64,000 nucleotides of DNA from Tubiluchus corallicola (GCA_030141605.1 JAQGDQ010000185.1:1-64000), one strand, 5' to 3'; counted from the stretch's first letter, positions 40,624 to 55,420 are shown. The notes: generated from the sequence alone by a model not told the origin. Translations and numbers: made by a program.

Positions 40624-43600
40624 CTTGTAGTGCAAGGACCATTCTTGTTTTACCGCGGACCTAAAAAGCAAAGGTTCGACAAAAGCATATTGCTTGCAGA
40701 AAGCTGTTTCCTTCATTTGCAACTTGCAGTAAAATTTCACTTCGAAGTGTTCTTAGTAGTAGACCATTTGCGTCATAACAGTATAATTCCTTTTGCATAA
40801 TGCAAAAATTTCAATTTAAAGAAATTAAACAGTTTAATATAAAGAAGATATAATCCTGTGATGCTCTTACTGTAAATTCGTGTCATTGCTAAAAAGTGCA
40901 CCAATCAAGGCCCCGGCACTGCTTTTTCTAGGTTATTTTGTTAATTACTCTTGATTAATTATTGTTAAACATAGAAAATATGATTCGTGCATCCTTTCGT
41001 GCTACTGTGTGACCCGGAAGTTTACGATTAATGTATTTATTAACCAATATTACATTAGCCAATAAACGTAATTCAAATGAAAAAAAAACGTGAATAATAA
41101 TGATGATGAAGTTCGCGTAACACAAAATTTAATTAACATCGCGCACGCGGTATAGGTTCTACATGCCAAGTCTGCAGTGACTACGTGCACAAACTATAAC
41201 AGTTTATATCTGTGGTTTTCTTATTACCTACCGCATTCCAGAGTGCAGCAAAGTAGAAGCCACTTAGTCGTTGGAGGCGGACTTGAGCTTACTTATCAGG
41301 AGTAGCATCGCCCTGCCTGTGTTTTTCCAACTGCGCACTAGTATTGTAAAGACATTAAGCTGGCTGGCAGCATAGTGGTTTCTCAAGCTGCAGCATAGAC
41401 TTAAATGACGGCACGCAAGACAATTTAGCTCAAGTCGTAAGTTCCCATGCGAAATATCAGTTTCTGCAGCATCCCATCACCCATTGTTTATTCATCCCTC
41501 CCTCCATTGTTACGCGAGATTTTACGTTGAACTAAAATAAATTAAGCACGACAGGTCATTAACTAACATAAATGTGATTAGGAGCAAAAATGCTCTAGGT
41601 TCTTGTCAATCCAGTTCGCTGAACAGGTCACAGTTTACGGACCCAGTCCCATTCAATCCAGGCCTATGGCCTGAAAAAATTTCTTTGTAAGTTTGGGTGG
41701 ATGAGTGGTGGTAGATGTACTTGCAGACTTGTGTTCGAGGTTAGCAGCTGACACGCCAGGTCCTATATAATATTCGTTATTTATGTGTTGCTAAAGTGTA
41801 AGTCGCTAAGTTGCCCTTTGTGCTAATGTTGCGTGTTAAGTGAGTGCAGACAAATGATCATATAAACAGTAGATATGATAAATGTGGGTACATCTTAAAC
41901 AAGTTTAAATACTCTGCGATACACTGCAACCGAGAGAGTTATTTTCGTAAAATTAAATTGAATGAAACATCCGGTTTGAGATTCAATATGTCCAACCAAC
42001 GCTAAAATCAGAAAATTGGAAATCTATAAAGTTCAAGTCAAACAAATGCAAGCCGCTTTGATGACTATAGATTTAACAGACAGGTCTAACCCATCTGTCA
42101 TAGTTTGTCACTTTTATTTGTTTAGTTACTTGAATAAATCTTGTAATCCGTCTTTCCCTTTTGTTGTGTTTTCGAACAAATCCTTATAGCTACTAAAATG
42201 ACAACGTTGATATGGTGACAAATTTTTCATTGCTTTATTTAAAAATAATCATATTTATATTTGGATTTTTGCAATAGTCAGTAATTACTCATATTGGATT
42301 GTTAAATTTTGTACTCCGCACCCGGTAGTGACGACATAACAAGGCAAACTGAATGCAGGAAATTCATAGAAAAGACTTCACTTCCCTATGCTTCTCATGC
42401 TGGTTACAATGATAGGATAGGAGCTGAGCTGGAAAACACACCTGCCCCTTAGCCCAGCGTATATAGACACCATTGTGCATTGTGCAATGGCTTCTCATAG
42501 GGCAGAGTCATGGGGGTGGGGGGAGTGAGGGTGGGGTAAAAACAAACGGCATTTCGCCGTCGTTAGGACAAATTTTAATAGTAAAGTTTGTCCAGGCTGT
42601 CGTCCGTATTTAATCGTGGAAAAAGCAAAATCGGTCAATATCAGACTATCAATATTATTGTCAAGCCCAAAATTGATCACTTTTTTGCCATTTGAGTGGC
42701 AGTCAATCTGATTGGCAAAACGATTTTAAACGGCAAATAATTTACTTGTGAGAGATGGTCCATGATTCCCATTTTTTAATCTCATGGTAGGCATTATTAA
42801 CTAGAGGAAGACAGCACAATTTACTGTCTAGCTTTAGTTTTACTGTAACAGTTGTGTTATTAGCTGTAACTATAAAAAAGCAAAAATATAAAAAAAGAGC
42901 ACAGATGAGGTTTCAGTTCTCATCATTGCAAGTTTAAAGCTGCATTTCATTAGTCTTCATTGAAATAATAAAATGCCAGATTTAGTCTTTATTCTAATTA
43001 TTTATAGATGCGGCTGTTAGCTAGCCATTCACAGCGTGACGTGAGCCATTTGATGATTGTGGCAATTTTTTCTATCAGCATATTACTAACCTCAGCAGCA
43101 CATAATTGAAATCAATTTGCTTGCTGCATGCAAAAAACGAAACTGTGCCAACAGCATGGTGACGACGTTATGGGCATTTTATAATCATCATACTTAAAAG
43201 AACAAAACACTCTCCGTGACCTGTTCATTATGTAAGATACTAGAAAAGCTCAGGAGCCCTATGTCAACTCCATGTGATGGCTATTGACAATTACAGTTAG
43301 TATTACTACGTGGATTATTAGCAAGCGACCATGGGCGGAATAACCATGGGCTAAAGTTGGTCCTTAAGTTGGTGAAACTTTTGCACCTAGTTAATTGGCT
43401 TTGAACTCAATGAAAGTGACAATTAATTATCAAGTGATAATATACCGTGGTTTACAGGGTTGTATAAAGCATAAAGACGGCATGAAATCGGTGACGCACC
43501 CAATGACAGTGCTGATAGTGATCATCACGACAATTATGACATAATGATGGCAATAATTGTGAAGGGTAAAAAGAAGCAAGGACGGGAGTGGTTCTACTAA

Positions 43601-44794
43601 GGAAAGAGAAAGTAGGAAAGATGAGAGACTTTGGAGAATGTGTCACGATTTGTTAGTGAAATAAGGTTGCATGACGGACAGAGATAAAGACGTAAACAGA
43701 GATAGACAGAATTCAGCACAGAGGAAGAATCAACGCCGTGACGTATGTTCTTTGCCACCCCTTCCCTTTTGATTGGCTATATATGTTACAAAATTTTAAT
43801 TAATGTTATATGTTGGGATAAACAATAAATGACTTGATTTGATTTGTGGTAGCGTGTAGACGATGACATGGTGAAATGTTTGCCACTTTTACTTCACGCA
43901 GTTATGACTAAGTAGAGCTACTGTAACAGTTTATATCTACGGCTTTGTTATAATTTACGTACAGGGCTGCAGCAAAGTAGAACCCACTCACATGCTGCAA
44001 CTATACTTAAGCTTTCTTTGTAAGTATCATTAGCTTACATGCGTTTCCACGTGCAACTTCATGCAACGCCATCTTTCGCAATACGTTTTTGTGACAGCCT
44101 GTGGACCTTTACATTTTTATTTATTTATTTTTAATTCTTTAATTCAGTGAATCTTGCATTGCTGTAGATTTGTGGGATGTTTGACACTTTTACTTCACCG
44201 AACTGTAACTAATTTACTGCTGTTTTTCAGGATTCAAACATTTTCACGACACTAAGCAGAAAACGAGTTGTTGTTTTATGAACTGTTAACGTGAAACTGT
44301 TTATTAACAACAATCCGCTGAGAGTCAAGTCCACGCTGATGGAAAGAACTGTGAAGGCACTTTATAGATGGTTGTTCGTAAACAAGCTACTCTTGAACGC
44401 GTTAATTATTTCAGACTTTTTCATGCATAATAAAATTGTCAATCCGGCAAAAGGGTCACCATTATGAAATAGAAGCATAAGCTTTATCATTTAGCATTTC
44501 CAAACGAGTCAGATAGGTAAAGAACTCAAGAACGTAGAATTAAAAATTAGGTTAGGTTAGGCACCTTGAACTGATGGCACAAATCCACACTTAATTAGAT
44601 TTTAATACCAAACGTGAATGGCAAAAATTGTGAGAAAGTTTGAATACAGCCGGGATTTGAGACCCTTAAGCCAAAATATTCCCCAATTATCACCTTTATA
44701 GCTGGCCAATCAAACTCAGCATTTCTAATGTGGGCAATTAATTAGAATTTGCTTGTCCAAAAGAGATGTGCTTTAGACTGTCTTGATCACTGGT

Positions 44795-44866
44795 GAATAT
44801 GATGGCCTAGTGGTCTAAAGCGCTGCCTTGTAAGGAGGAACTATCTGGTTCAAATTCAATTACAAA
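44795..44866 (+). mobile_element. tRNA-derived SINE head or tRNA pseudogene
   Basis: A-box TGGCCTAGTGG (44803-44813) and B-box GGTTCAAATTC (44847-44857); acceptor and anticodon stems do not close. Confidence 0.55.
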
Positions 44867-47800
44867 CAGAGAATAAGGTTGCAATGGTTCAAGTATACAA
44901 ACAGGCTGAATTGGGATACTATGAAAGTTTTCAGTTGATCACATTTTAATTTTGTTAGCTTGACATAAAGTATCAGCCCTAGCCGAGTTGACATCTAAAC
45001 TGGCAAGAAAGTTAAAAAACTCCTTTTATATCTGTGAATAGAATACCAATGCTTGTTGTAATTCAGCAAACGCACTTGTAGTACGAAAGATTGATCATCA
45101 TTTGAAAAACATTTAGAATAAAAAGTCCTTGCAGGCTTTTGTTTTGGCTTTCTCTGGCAATCATTTACCCAGATGACTAACGAACTTATTATAATGAACG
45201 AATAGTACGTGCGTCCTTCAACAGTGACAATAATATTGTTCTTATTGTATAGCGCATTATAAAAATTACATGTGCATAATGAGTAATTAATAACCATTTA
45301 TCACTGTCAAGTTTTGTGGTCGGATAATTTTTCATAGCGAGTAATTAACCTGCATTCTATACATACGCAAGCGTTTTCTTCTAATAATTATTAATACGTT
45401 TAGAATTTGCCAAGATATAATGTAACCATTTAGTTATTCCGGAAATTTTGTACAGAAAGTTTTTTTTTAAAGTCACATGCAGAGCTGATGATAAACATTC
45501 AAAGTCAAAAAGGTGTTTGCAAGTAAATTAATGTCAGAGTTTGTACAGGCACCAAATTGGTGCATGGTAATAGTTAGCCTTTCTGATTAGGCTCAAATTA
45601 GTATACGTCTGGAACATAATAGGCGGTAGTGATTAATTAACTAATCCAACCTTTCTTATATTCTGTAAGTATACTTTGGCCTACTGTTACACAAAAGTAT
45701 AAAAATATGACTGGCCTTAAGTAAGCTAGCTGATTTAGATTCAATCATTCTAAGACGTTCAAATACAACCATAGAAATACTGCACTAATTTTAAAATAAG
45801 ACGACATTAGCTGTATTTTCCTGATAACTTTGAAATGACCATTTTCTATTTAGCCTTAACGATTTCATGTATATATTGTCCTAGGTATCAACGTGCAAAC
45901 TCTAGAATCTAGACAGTACCGAAACGTTTTAGTTAATTTCGTTTGCGCCTTTGGCAATGTGACACGATAATTTATAGTGTCTTTGCGGTGTCACTGAACC
46001 ATGGTCATTGATTTTTTTGACGCAAAATCATAAATATGAACTCACAATTTGACAAGTAGCGCCTTTATATAGTGTTATAGCTTTTGAACATAGGACAAAA
46101 CTTCGGAGTTAAAAAATAGGCCTAATCTGAGTCAGCGGCCCAAACCAATTTCACCGAGAGTCGTATAATGTTATAAAGTGTGTAACATTGAAACCCGTGA
46201 AAACCTAATGCAATTGTCCCTTCTGCGATGACGCCTCGGTGTATAAAATGTAAGAAAACTGCAATGGTAAAATAAAACTCACATGTATTCTAGCGAAATT
46301 GCTTCGGAATAATCACATTTCCTGATCCATGTAGGGTGATATGATCTATTGAGTTGTGATTACATTTTGGAATAAGGCACCGTGGAGAATCCATTGTTAT
46401 CGCCGTGAAAGCCATACCTGTTCTCCAGGCATAAAAAAGTAATATAATGTGATTACGACACTGAGCAATACTCATGTGTTATTTCACATTCAACATTACG
46501 CAGAACAGTGTCAATAAACAGGAAATATCTGAGAAGCACAAAAAGTAGCTGCAAGTAATGAAAAATTGCACAATTAAGAAAAAGGGAAAGAACGCGACGT
46601 TTCAAATCGCCACTTTGGTTTGCCATCAAATGAAGTACTTAAAACGGAAAAATAAAAAGTCACACAAAAGTACCAAATGTTGGTTTTTTATTTTTTATTT
46701 TATAACACCCAAATACAATTTAGTAATTTGATGTGTTTTTTCCCTTTTCAATCCTTCACCTCACGATAAACAACAACAAATGTTTGTAACGTCGTTTTTT
46801 TCTCTTAACTGTAGGATTTTACATCAGTTGTGCTCATTCTTGTGTTTAGTAATTATATTTGCGTTGTGAAATTGGTACATCAATAAAAACGTGTTTACAC
46901 TCTGTGTACCGAGGTTTGTATATTGCGTGTAAATCTGCATTTTCTTGCAGGAATACCAACATTAAACTATAAGTCAAAGCAATCTACTCTTTGAAATATT
47001 GAAAGAAAACATACTGTTTTTTCAAGAATGATTTAAGTTACTTTATTACGACACAAACGCGATTTCGAGTTTGCGCCACTAGTTCTCCGCTTTTATATGC
47101 TTTTCGCCATTCACTAGTTAGAATTGCACTAGCGATGCATTTCGGAAACAGGTTGCGCAAAAAGCAGGTGCTGTACCTCTCATAGACGTTCGTTTGTGAC
47201 GTAGTGCGCACTTCGAGAGCTCATGCGTGAGCTCAGCAGTTAATTTGAAATTTGAATTTTTGTCTTGCCGAGTTTTAGCACAACACGCTGAATCTCTCAC
47301 AGAATCACTGTACTTCAATCTTCGCTTTTATTTCGCAAACACTGCAACATGCTCATGGAATGTTTGTGCTCCTGAAATTATGTTCATTTGTGATGTCATC
47401 AATAGTTAGTCCGCTATTAACTAAGAGTTTAATTTGTTATTTAATTAACAGAAGTGCTTTTGCAGTACTATTGGTGTTGCGTTAAAACGTAACACTTTTT
47501 ACTGTTCTTGAAAATAGAAATAGGATGTGAAAAATCATCCTGTTTTCCTTTAAGTCCCTTCTGCAGATGGTCTACATTCAGCTTGTCGCTTCTACTTTAT
47601 GTGTTTGTAGTACCAGTAAAAAGTATCAACTGAAGGCATTAGTATCAGCATCAGTATCGGTATCACGTATCAGTATCAGCGCCTTTTAAAGTATCAGTAA
47701 GCTTATGGGCGCAATGCATTGTTTGTAAATATTCTCAAAATATTTTGTTGACCTGTACGTCTCTAATTATTCTTCTGTTGATGTTATGCATTTGCTTTGA

Positions 47801-48358
47801 CTCTAGAAAGTTCGGCAGGCAATTACATAATTTAGGCTTTCATAAGCGCTTTGTTTCATGGTAACATACAACTACAGTTGAACAGCATTTTACCCCGTTA
47901 TTGACTGGTAAAATATTAGCCAGGAGAGTGCATATCTTTCAGCACTGACCAGGAAGTCTTTGCACAAAATTAAGCTAATATTAATTGAGGACCGCTAGGT
48001 TGTTTTCCCGCACAATGCCCCATTTTTCGAGCCACTACAAAAACAAAACGTAGCATAATGCAGCTGGAATTCAAGGCTTGGACTCGCGTAGGATTCCCTA
48101 ATTGCTTTCGCCCTCTTCTTGCTTTCTCTTGGAACGTATTCCAAGGCAAAACACTTATGAGACGGTTAAAAGCCAGCGAGTGAAGCCAGCAAAACAAAAA
48201 GCAGAAGCCGGGATAGGTTTGAAATCGCGCGTGGCTTTTAATCCGGTTTTGTAGTTTTAACGAAATGCTTTAAAATATAAGTCTTTCTGAATTCTAAGAA
48301 CAGTTGTGTATTTTCGTTTGTGCCAAGATTACTTCTCCAGTTTTATTCTGCATTCTCG

Positions 48359-49035
48359 AAAAGATTTTCGATAACATAGACCTGGAGTCAGCAAGACTGT
48401 GCGAAGATCAGTGACAATGACATTATTGCAATTATTCTTATTTCTTGCACATTTGTAGTCATTTTTCGTCATCGCCATTTCTTGATATATTGCCCTAGAA
48501 AAGTTAAGCTACAGTTGTAAAGCTGTAATTGTAGTTTACTTCGCCGTCTTAGCTTAAGCCCGTTGTACACCAAAGCGTCTGGCTTCCAGGGTTCGCTTCC
48601 AAAATCTTTTATTTCATCACTTATCGACGTATGCGGTTTTATTTCTCGCCCCCATGCTGGACACGGACGCCAGGCGCTTGTCGCTTTGGCGTATCTTGCG
48701 CATTATAATTGCAATACCCAGTTTGTCACATTTAAGATTTCATTACATCACAGGCAGTAGCTTACGAATTACGTTATCAACGCCTTTTGTTATAATTTAT
48801 ATTACTGTCTTTCTTCTGCTACAGTTTACAGACGTCACCAGCATACTTTTGTAGACGATCAGACGGTGTCAGGTTATTTCTGTCAGTGGTAGAGAAGTAC
48901 AATAACTACAAAGAATTATGGATTTTATGAGCCTACAATGACTATGTCAAGTGCAAAAATTCGCGATAGTGCACAAATGTTATTGATTTTCGCGCAGTCT
49001 TGCTGATTCGTGCTCGATATTACCGAAAATCTTTT
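48359..49035. mobile_element. MITE with ~60-bp imperfect TIRs
   Basis: aaaagattttcgataacat...tcagcaagactgtgcgaagatcagtgaca versus tgttattgattttcgcgcagtcttgctga...atattaccgaaaatctttt. Confidence 0.75.
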
Positions 49036-50292
49036 GGCTGAAGCTGAAAACATGTTACTTGTTGCGCACTACATTTTATGTATATTAACCAAGCAAGAAG
49101 CTCTCATTTCTCTGAAGTTCTTCAAGAATATTGTTGTTTGTCCTTTTCTTTCTCGGCAAACGTCAATATTACCTTTAACGTTGATTTCATAAAATGGTGA
49201 AACCATAACCACCCTAATTACTTTTGTTCTACGTTAGAGCGTTAGGTATCTTCAAACATAAGGGAAATACGGCCCTTTAACACTAAAGCTTTAAATCTAG
49301 CCAGCCTCTTAGGAACAAGAAGAGTCACTGGTCGTGCACTACCATGTTTAACTTTTTAACCTAGAATATTCGTTTGTTGAAATAGGAGTTGAATGAGCGT
49401 TCTAGTGCACCTAACCTATTTGTTTGGCAATAAGCTTTTCTGTGCATATGTTTCAGGTAAGGTGTGAAACAGATTATTCTATAGAATGCACAGGCATTTT
49501 ATGGAGTGCTAACACAGGCCAGGTAAAGTGTTTGAAATAATTTCTTCCACGTTCTTTTTAGTCATCATAAGTAATGCAAAAGTTTTTTATGCAAAGCATG
49601 TAAGTCTACTCTTTCGAATATACTGTTCTTCGGCATTTTACAAAATAAATTTTAGGTAATGTTGAATATAAAGCAAATAGCCAATTGTTTTGATGCAACA
49701 GTTTTGTTCTAGAAAATGTACAAAAGCCATGTTTCGTGTTCTTGCAAATTTTTGTGATAAAATAGGTAACTAACAAACTAACATTTCAATTGAACTTCCA
49801 GGTTACATGATTGTTTCATTCATAGCTGATACCTGCTGCAGAAAGGTTGTGCTTTTGGATCCGGTACAAAGTGCGGGATCCTTAAAACTTGGTCATGTTG
49901 TTGTTGGTGTTATTGTCACATTTTTGTTTGTAGGCTATCACGGGGCACAATTTTCATTGTAGGAAAATGAAATTTTGCAAGAAGATACTTTATTTGATTG
50001 TCAAGACCGTCATGCAGCCGAATTTTTCACTTCTTAATGCAGCCTTCAAATATGCTCTTTAAATGAATAACACCTCTTAAATGGATCTGCCTTATAGGCT
50101 ATTACGTGGTTGGGGTTTATTTCATAATAATGCATCAATGGATTTGTCCCAACGATGCACATTCTGTTTTTTTTAAAAACGGAACAGTAAACACTTCCCA
50201 TAATATTCTTATGGAAACCATTAACTCAGACATAAAAGACGTGCCAGATTCAAGGACATTAGCACTTCAATTCTAGTTGTGTTTCATACAGG

Positions 50293-50620
50293 ATGGATGC
50301 AGAAACACCTGTGCTTAAAATAAAAGAACAATTTTACACTGAATTATTAAAGGGAAGTGAATAAAGCAATGAACACTGTTCTTCTAAGCGATAAAACATA
50401 CCAGCAATTGATCAATCATGTAAACAGTGCGAAAAAGCAACCTCCTCATTGTGGTCCATGTTGCCACCTGTACAAAAGGGAAATAATGATAAAAGGTGAA
50501 CTGCTTGACATACTTTGTGCTGCATGTATACGGATTGTGCAATCTCATAATTATTCTAAAATCGACTATTATATTAGTAGTAGTAGTTATGCCGCTCAGT
50601 TATATTTGCTATAAAAGTCT
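50293..50620 (+). mobile_element. Ginger/KRBA2-SCAND3-type integrase N-terminal remnant
   Basis: MDAETPVLKIKEQFYTELLK / NTVLLSDKTYQQLINHVNSAKK...ELLDILCAA resembles the region upstream of the HHCC/integrase core (..ELFDILHEAH..). Frameshifted and truncated. Confidence 0.5.
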
Positions 50621-51344
50621 TTTAGGCTAATAATAAAACAATTAACTCACCTGTTTACTTGAACTCCTTGCTTAATTTAATACATCGATTAAGCCATTTT
50701 CTATACAATGCCTAGGTATTGTACGAAAAATCTAGGAAAAATTTGAATTATGTCCATTTTATACTTTACCAAAGCCACTTTTCGCCTTCTGTGTAGATGC
50801 TACCTATTATACAAAAGGTCTTGGACTCTAGACTCTAGATAAAGTGTGAAGCTGCCATAACGAAAACATTTACTTCGCTTTTGTCAAAATGTAGAGATGA
50901 CATGTGTGAAATGCCTAGGAATTATACAAAATGTCTACACGTCTACACATAGGCTGTAACACGAACATACATTCAAATTTATATAAATTTGTAAGGATTT
51001 TTCCCCACACAATAGCTAAATATTGGTCTTATGTTACACTTCTCAGAATATTGTAATTCAGCATGCGTGACAGTCACTGCATACAGTTTTGCGAAAATTT
51101 TAACTACTGTTTTATTAATATTCATAACACGCCTCAACGTCTTTTTCCAGATTTGCAATTGTGCAGCAAGACAATAAAGAAGCGCTAGAAAATGTGACTT
51201 ACCGACAAATGCAAAATAATTTTTTTCTCCAATTTAGTTAAGTTTTTCTGAACGTTAAATATCTAATAATAATAATTACGTTTAGGTCATACTCCAGGGA
51301 TAACACCTTAAGTAACTCAATACTTATTTCCAAGGTGGTCCCTA

Positions 51345-51450
51345 TTATTGCCTCGCATGTTACTTCGATAAACTATTTTTACGTCATTGGTATTACTCGG
51401 TCGGGAGTTGAACGCGCAACCTCCCGGGTGAGAAGCGAGTTACGCCGCCC
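51345..51450 (-). mobile_element. tRNA-derived SINE fragment
   Basis: Minus strand: ...cgggaggttgcgcGTTCAACTCCcgaccgagtaataccaatgacgtaaaaatag, a B-box followed by a gtcataccaaagac-like SINE body. Confidence 0.6.
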
Positions 51451-52481
51451 GATCTAAATAGTTATCGAATTGTTTTGTGAGAACTGAAGATCGCGAAATT
51501 ATTAACAAGAAAAGAAATCAGAAAATACAGAGTAAGAATATATGTTCAAGTGAGCTGTAACATCCCAGCTGGAAGTAGTAACATTCCAGTAGTTCATACC
51601 TAGCGAGTTTTGATGATGCCAAGCGTCATTCACGCTTTAGCGGGAAAGCAAACTGTTGAAAAGAACAAGTTAAGAATAATGCAAGCAAGTAGTAGCATCT
51701 CTTTCTGAGATGTAAAATAAATTAAACTGTGACATGCCAAGTAACACTACAAAACACAATACATGTAGACAACTGTAGACTGGTTAGATCATTCTGGCAA
51801 AGTTTTAATACAATGTATTTAAAGACTGATATCAATATGAATTCTTATATTTTTAGCAAATGGAGAACAATTTTATTTGTTAATGCCAATCTTATATGTC
51901 CTTTTGTATTATATTGTAAATGAGTTTTTTAAGTTAATTTTAGTAGTGTTTTATCCTTGTATGTATTTTATGTATTTGTGTTTTTAAGAACAAGACTCCG
52001 AAATAAACAAATAATTCTATTCAGTTCAATTAATTTAAGTGCTGAATATAGAAACTATAAGTGACTTTTAAAAAAAAACTGCGTTAAAAATGCAAACCAA
52101 GAATATTAATGGTGTTTACACAGTTTCGGCAAGTGTCAAGAAATCCCAGCCAAAAATGGCTTCAAATGATGCGTAGCGAAAGTTCAGCAGTTTGTTTTTG
52201 GAACTAACACGTAGAAGCTATGGCAGCGTGAAGATGTTTCAGACGTCACAGAGTCAACAAACAATCTCTTTTGTGTTGATTTTTATCATTAGTACCACAT
52301 GCGCCTGTGAGACTTTATTAAATTCATCAAAACTTCGATCTCTGCAAAAACTCTGTGATGCTGAAAGTGTTTTTCCAGCTAAAATAAGATGCCCCGAGGC
52401 TCACGCTACATGCGCTTTTAATCCAACTTGGCATGAAGCCCGCACCACACCATAAGCTTACTTACAAATTATTTCAAGCTT

Positions 52482-52761
52482 AAATGAATATTTAACTTGA
52501 TCTACTGGTTTAATCTTTTTTAATGCCATTAAATTCTCGGCCTCAGACTAGAGGCTTTGTGGTGACAAAATTGGCAAAGAAAAGATGACAACCATTAAAT
52601 TTTCGGAGCTCTGGTAGAGCTTTCCGGGTGATAACATTGATAAGAAGACAAGCGTCTTGACAGTTTTGTCACCGTGAAGGCTTTAGACTTTAGGCAGAGA
52701 ATTTAGTGGCTTTAAAATAAAAAGGTTGCTGAAACCAGCAGATAAAGTTATATATTTATTT
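52482..52761. mobile_element. ~280-bp imperfect foldback (MITE)
   Basis: Arms of ~90 nt pair: aaatgaatatttaacttgatctactggttt...gccattaaattctc...ggtgacaaaa versus ttttgtcacc...gagaatttagtggc...aaaccagcagataaagttatatatttattt. Confidence 0.75.
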
Positions 52762-53125
52762 ATTATGTCATCTTGTTGGAAACTTGCTTATATTTCAAGC
52801 TTTTTCGTAATTTCTTTGTGAAATAAATCGATTGGCCTGTGGTCAACTTGCCCTGACATTGTTAACAATGTAACGGCATAACATAAATGACGCATTAAAC
52901 TTTGAAAATGTTAAAAGTGTTAAAAAATTAATGTTTCGTTTGCCGTTAGGGTGTTAAAAAGTATTTTCTTTTGCTTGGCAATAATAAAATGTGTGTAATA
53001 AATAATAATAATAAATAATTAATGATAAACAATAATATTGTCAAAATGTATACAAGCGAATAATAACACTGACGTCAACTAAATTTCGTTTCACAGATGA
53101 GTCAAGGTATTGCTATCTTCAGCTT

Positions 53126-53230
53126 GACCTGATAGTATAATCTAGTGGTAACGCGTCCGCTTTCGCCGCTTTCCGTCTGTGAGATCGTGAGTTCGATACT
53201 GCGACCGGTAATATCGAAGACTTTATTATT
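53126..53230 (+). mobile_element. tRNA-derived SINE head
   Basis: A-box-like TCTAGTGGTAA, B-box GAGTTCGATACT (53189-53200), then gaccggtaatatcgaagacttta, similar to the 51345-51450 copy. Confidence 0.6.
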
Positions 53231-53392
53231 CGAATACCGAACACAACCGTGTGTTATTTGGGGTAAAGAAGGGGTAATAATAAACTCAGTAATGTACTTG
53301 TAGAATTTGCACTCGGCAAAAACTCTTTGAGCTTATGTTAATTGTTTATCCTAAAGAAGAACTTAAATAAATATTATTAACATTACTATTAT

Positions 53393-53560
53393 AGTGGCGT
53401 TTACACTAAGGAGAACGTAAGAGACCGGTCCTGGATCCTCTTAATCGGTTCCCTACCTTAAGGTCAATCTTCACTAGTACCCCCGTTTGCACTACCTGTA
53501 GATCGATATAGGTAGAAGCCTAAAACGCGTAGAGTATTTTCTGCCTAGTGTAAACAAGGT
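53393..53560. mobile_element. Harbinger-like MITE
   Basis: TIR core GTTTACACTA / TAGTGTAAAC; 5' end AGTGGCGTTTA is identical to the 23480 element. Confidence 0.55.
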
Positions 53561-54290
53561 TTTTGATTCTGTTTAACTTAGTTATTACTTCTAGAGTGGA
53601 AGAAAGAAGGCATGCATATTTTGACGCCAAGTGTTGTCAAACAAAGTGCTCTGGACTTTCCCAAAGCCAGGCTAATTTTAAACACGGATTAGCATTTTAT
53701 GTCGAAGTTTACCAAACAGTTAGCTCAAGTCAGCGACCGGGAACTCACTGCTAACAATCCACAAGCCAGGCCCAGGTCTACACCCATCTTTTGTTTTCGG
53801 AAACAATAAGTGGAAACACAAACATTTACGCACACGCTTTCTCTCGTTTTGTGTCCTCTGTCAAATCATTGACTCAATGGCGGTGGTGCCACCTAAAACA
53901 GTATATTCGTTTCCATTCAGTTGATTATTCATTTAATAACTGGCTACTTATGGAATTATAATCTATAATTTTGATTTGTTAACGTACTATATTTCGCATT
54001 TTAGAGTATTGTGATTAAAGTCTCATGTTAAAGTCTCGTCTCAGGTCTTTATGTTTTAAAAGGCACTGCCCTGGAAAACTTGTAGTTATCAGCAGTCATA
54101 AAAACTCACTGACCGTTTCGTTGTTTTCGATGCTAGGTTTTTTGGTGCTTTTGTCAATTAGTGCTCACCGATAGTAGACCGGTTTGTTTTTAAGTAGAAC
54201 TTGGGTAATTTGACTGACAAACTATATGACTATATAACTAGTGGGAGAACTCTAAACCCTGGAAGACTTTTGCAATGTAAAAGTCCTTTT

Positions 54291-54766
54291 TATGAAAGCG
54301 TATTAGGGCCATGATATCCAGATTTTTTATAACCAGATTTTTTATAATAGCACGGAAAACGGAAAAATCTGGTTATAACTAGTTTTTAAAACATTGTTAA
54401 AATGCACATCAACTCTTTCAATCATGGAGGAACGAGACGAACTCGAGTTTTTGTATTTTAGACTCGGATTTAGTAACAAAGAGATAACAGAATGCTTAAC
54501 ACGTGAGAACGTTAAAAAGGATAACAAAAAACTTGGATTGTTTCGAAGGCGAGCGCAAAGTGATGTTACTGACGTTATGCTATTAATTCAGGAGCAGGTT
54601 GATAAAACGGAAAGATAATAAAAAAGACGTGCTAAAAACTCGCTCTGACTCTGAGACCTCCACGAAGTGCTTCACGAAGGTTTTTGTAAATGGTGTTCGG
54701 TCAAGTTTTACGAAAAAAAACGGGCAAAAACCACCCATTTTGGCACTCTATACCCCCTCCAACATA
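54291..54766 (+). mobile_element. Internally deleted IS3EU-like (integrase-core, Clr5-like N-terminus) DNA transposon
   Basis: MEERDELEFLYFRLGFSNKEITECL...KKLGLFRRRAQSD..DVMLLIQEQ resembles the N-terminus of metazoan IS3EU-type transposases. Degenerate termini TATGAAAGCGTATTAGGGCCA / TGGCACTCTATACCCCCTCCAACATA; no TSD seen. Confidence 0.55.
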
Positions 54767-54899
54767 AAGTTTCGTGGAAATATGTTAGGTTGTTTGCGTA
54801 ATAGGGTTACTGCTATAACAGACAAAACAACCAAATAAAGAAACCATGTTGAAGCATAACTTCCTTGCCAAAGGTAAAAATAACTAAAATAATTATCTC

Positions 54900-54985
54900 C
54901 CACAGTAACGCTAACCCTTAACTCATTCTTTATTAACTGTGCCACTTTTTCGCGTGCTATTTTTACCGTGCCATTTTTACCAAAC
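54900..54985. mobile_element. Single arm of the TTAGGG-core foldback family
   Basis: taacgctaaccctta followed by three gtgcca/ctattttt-type units. Confidence 0.45.
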
Positions 54986-55420
54986 ATTCAGTGAGGGACA
55001 AAAGCTGTCACCAAGTAGACAAGTTCAAATTGAATAACGGTCAGTAAACCATATTGACTCTTCTCAGAGCCAGCAACATATATGTATTCGCAAAAAATTC
55101 CAAATTCACTATTTTGCTTTACTTTGACTACTTTTTATAATTCGGTGTAATACTAGGTATAATTCGATTAATGAATAATATCTATGTGCTAAAAATTAGA
55201 TCTATTTTTTCCGTGCGGACTTTCATAGGCAACCTGTCAGAAGTGGGGCTTGTTATATAGTACATAATCAAAAAAGTCTCTGCTGTTCATCCAAAACCAC
55301 CATTTGCTATTTGTTTCTTGCCGTATTATAGGCTGTATGTTGACATACATGAATAACAACATAACAATAACAATATATAAAATACACATTATACAGGAAT
55401 TGAAAAGACATTCCTTATAC

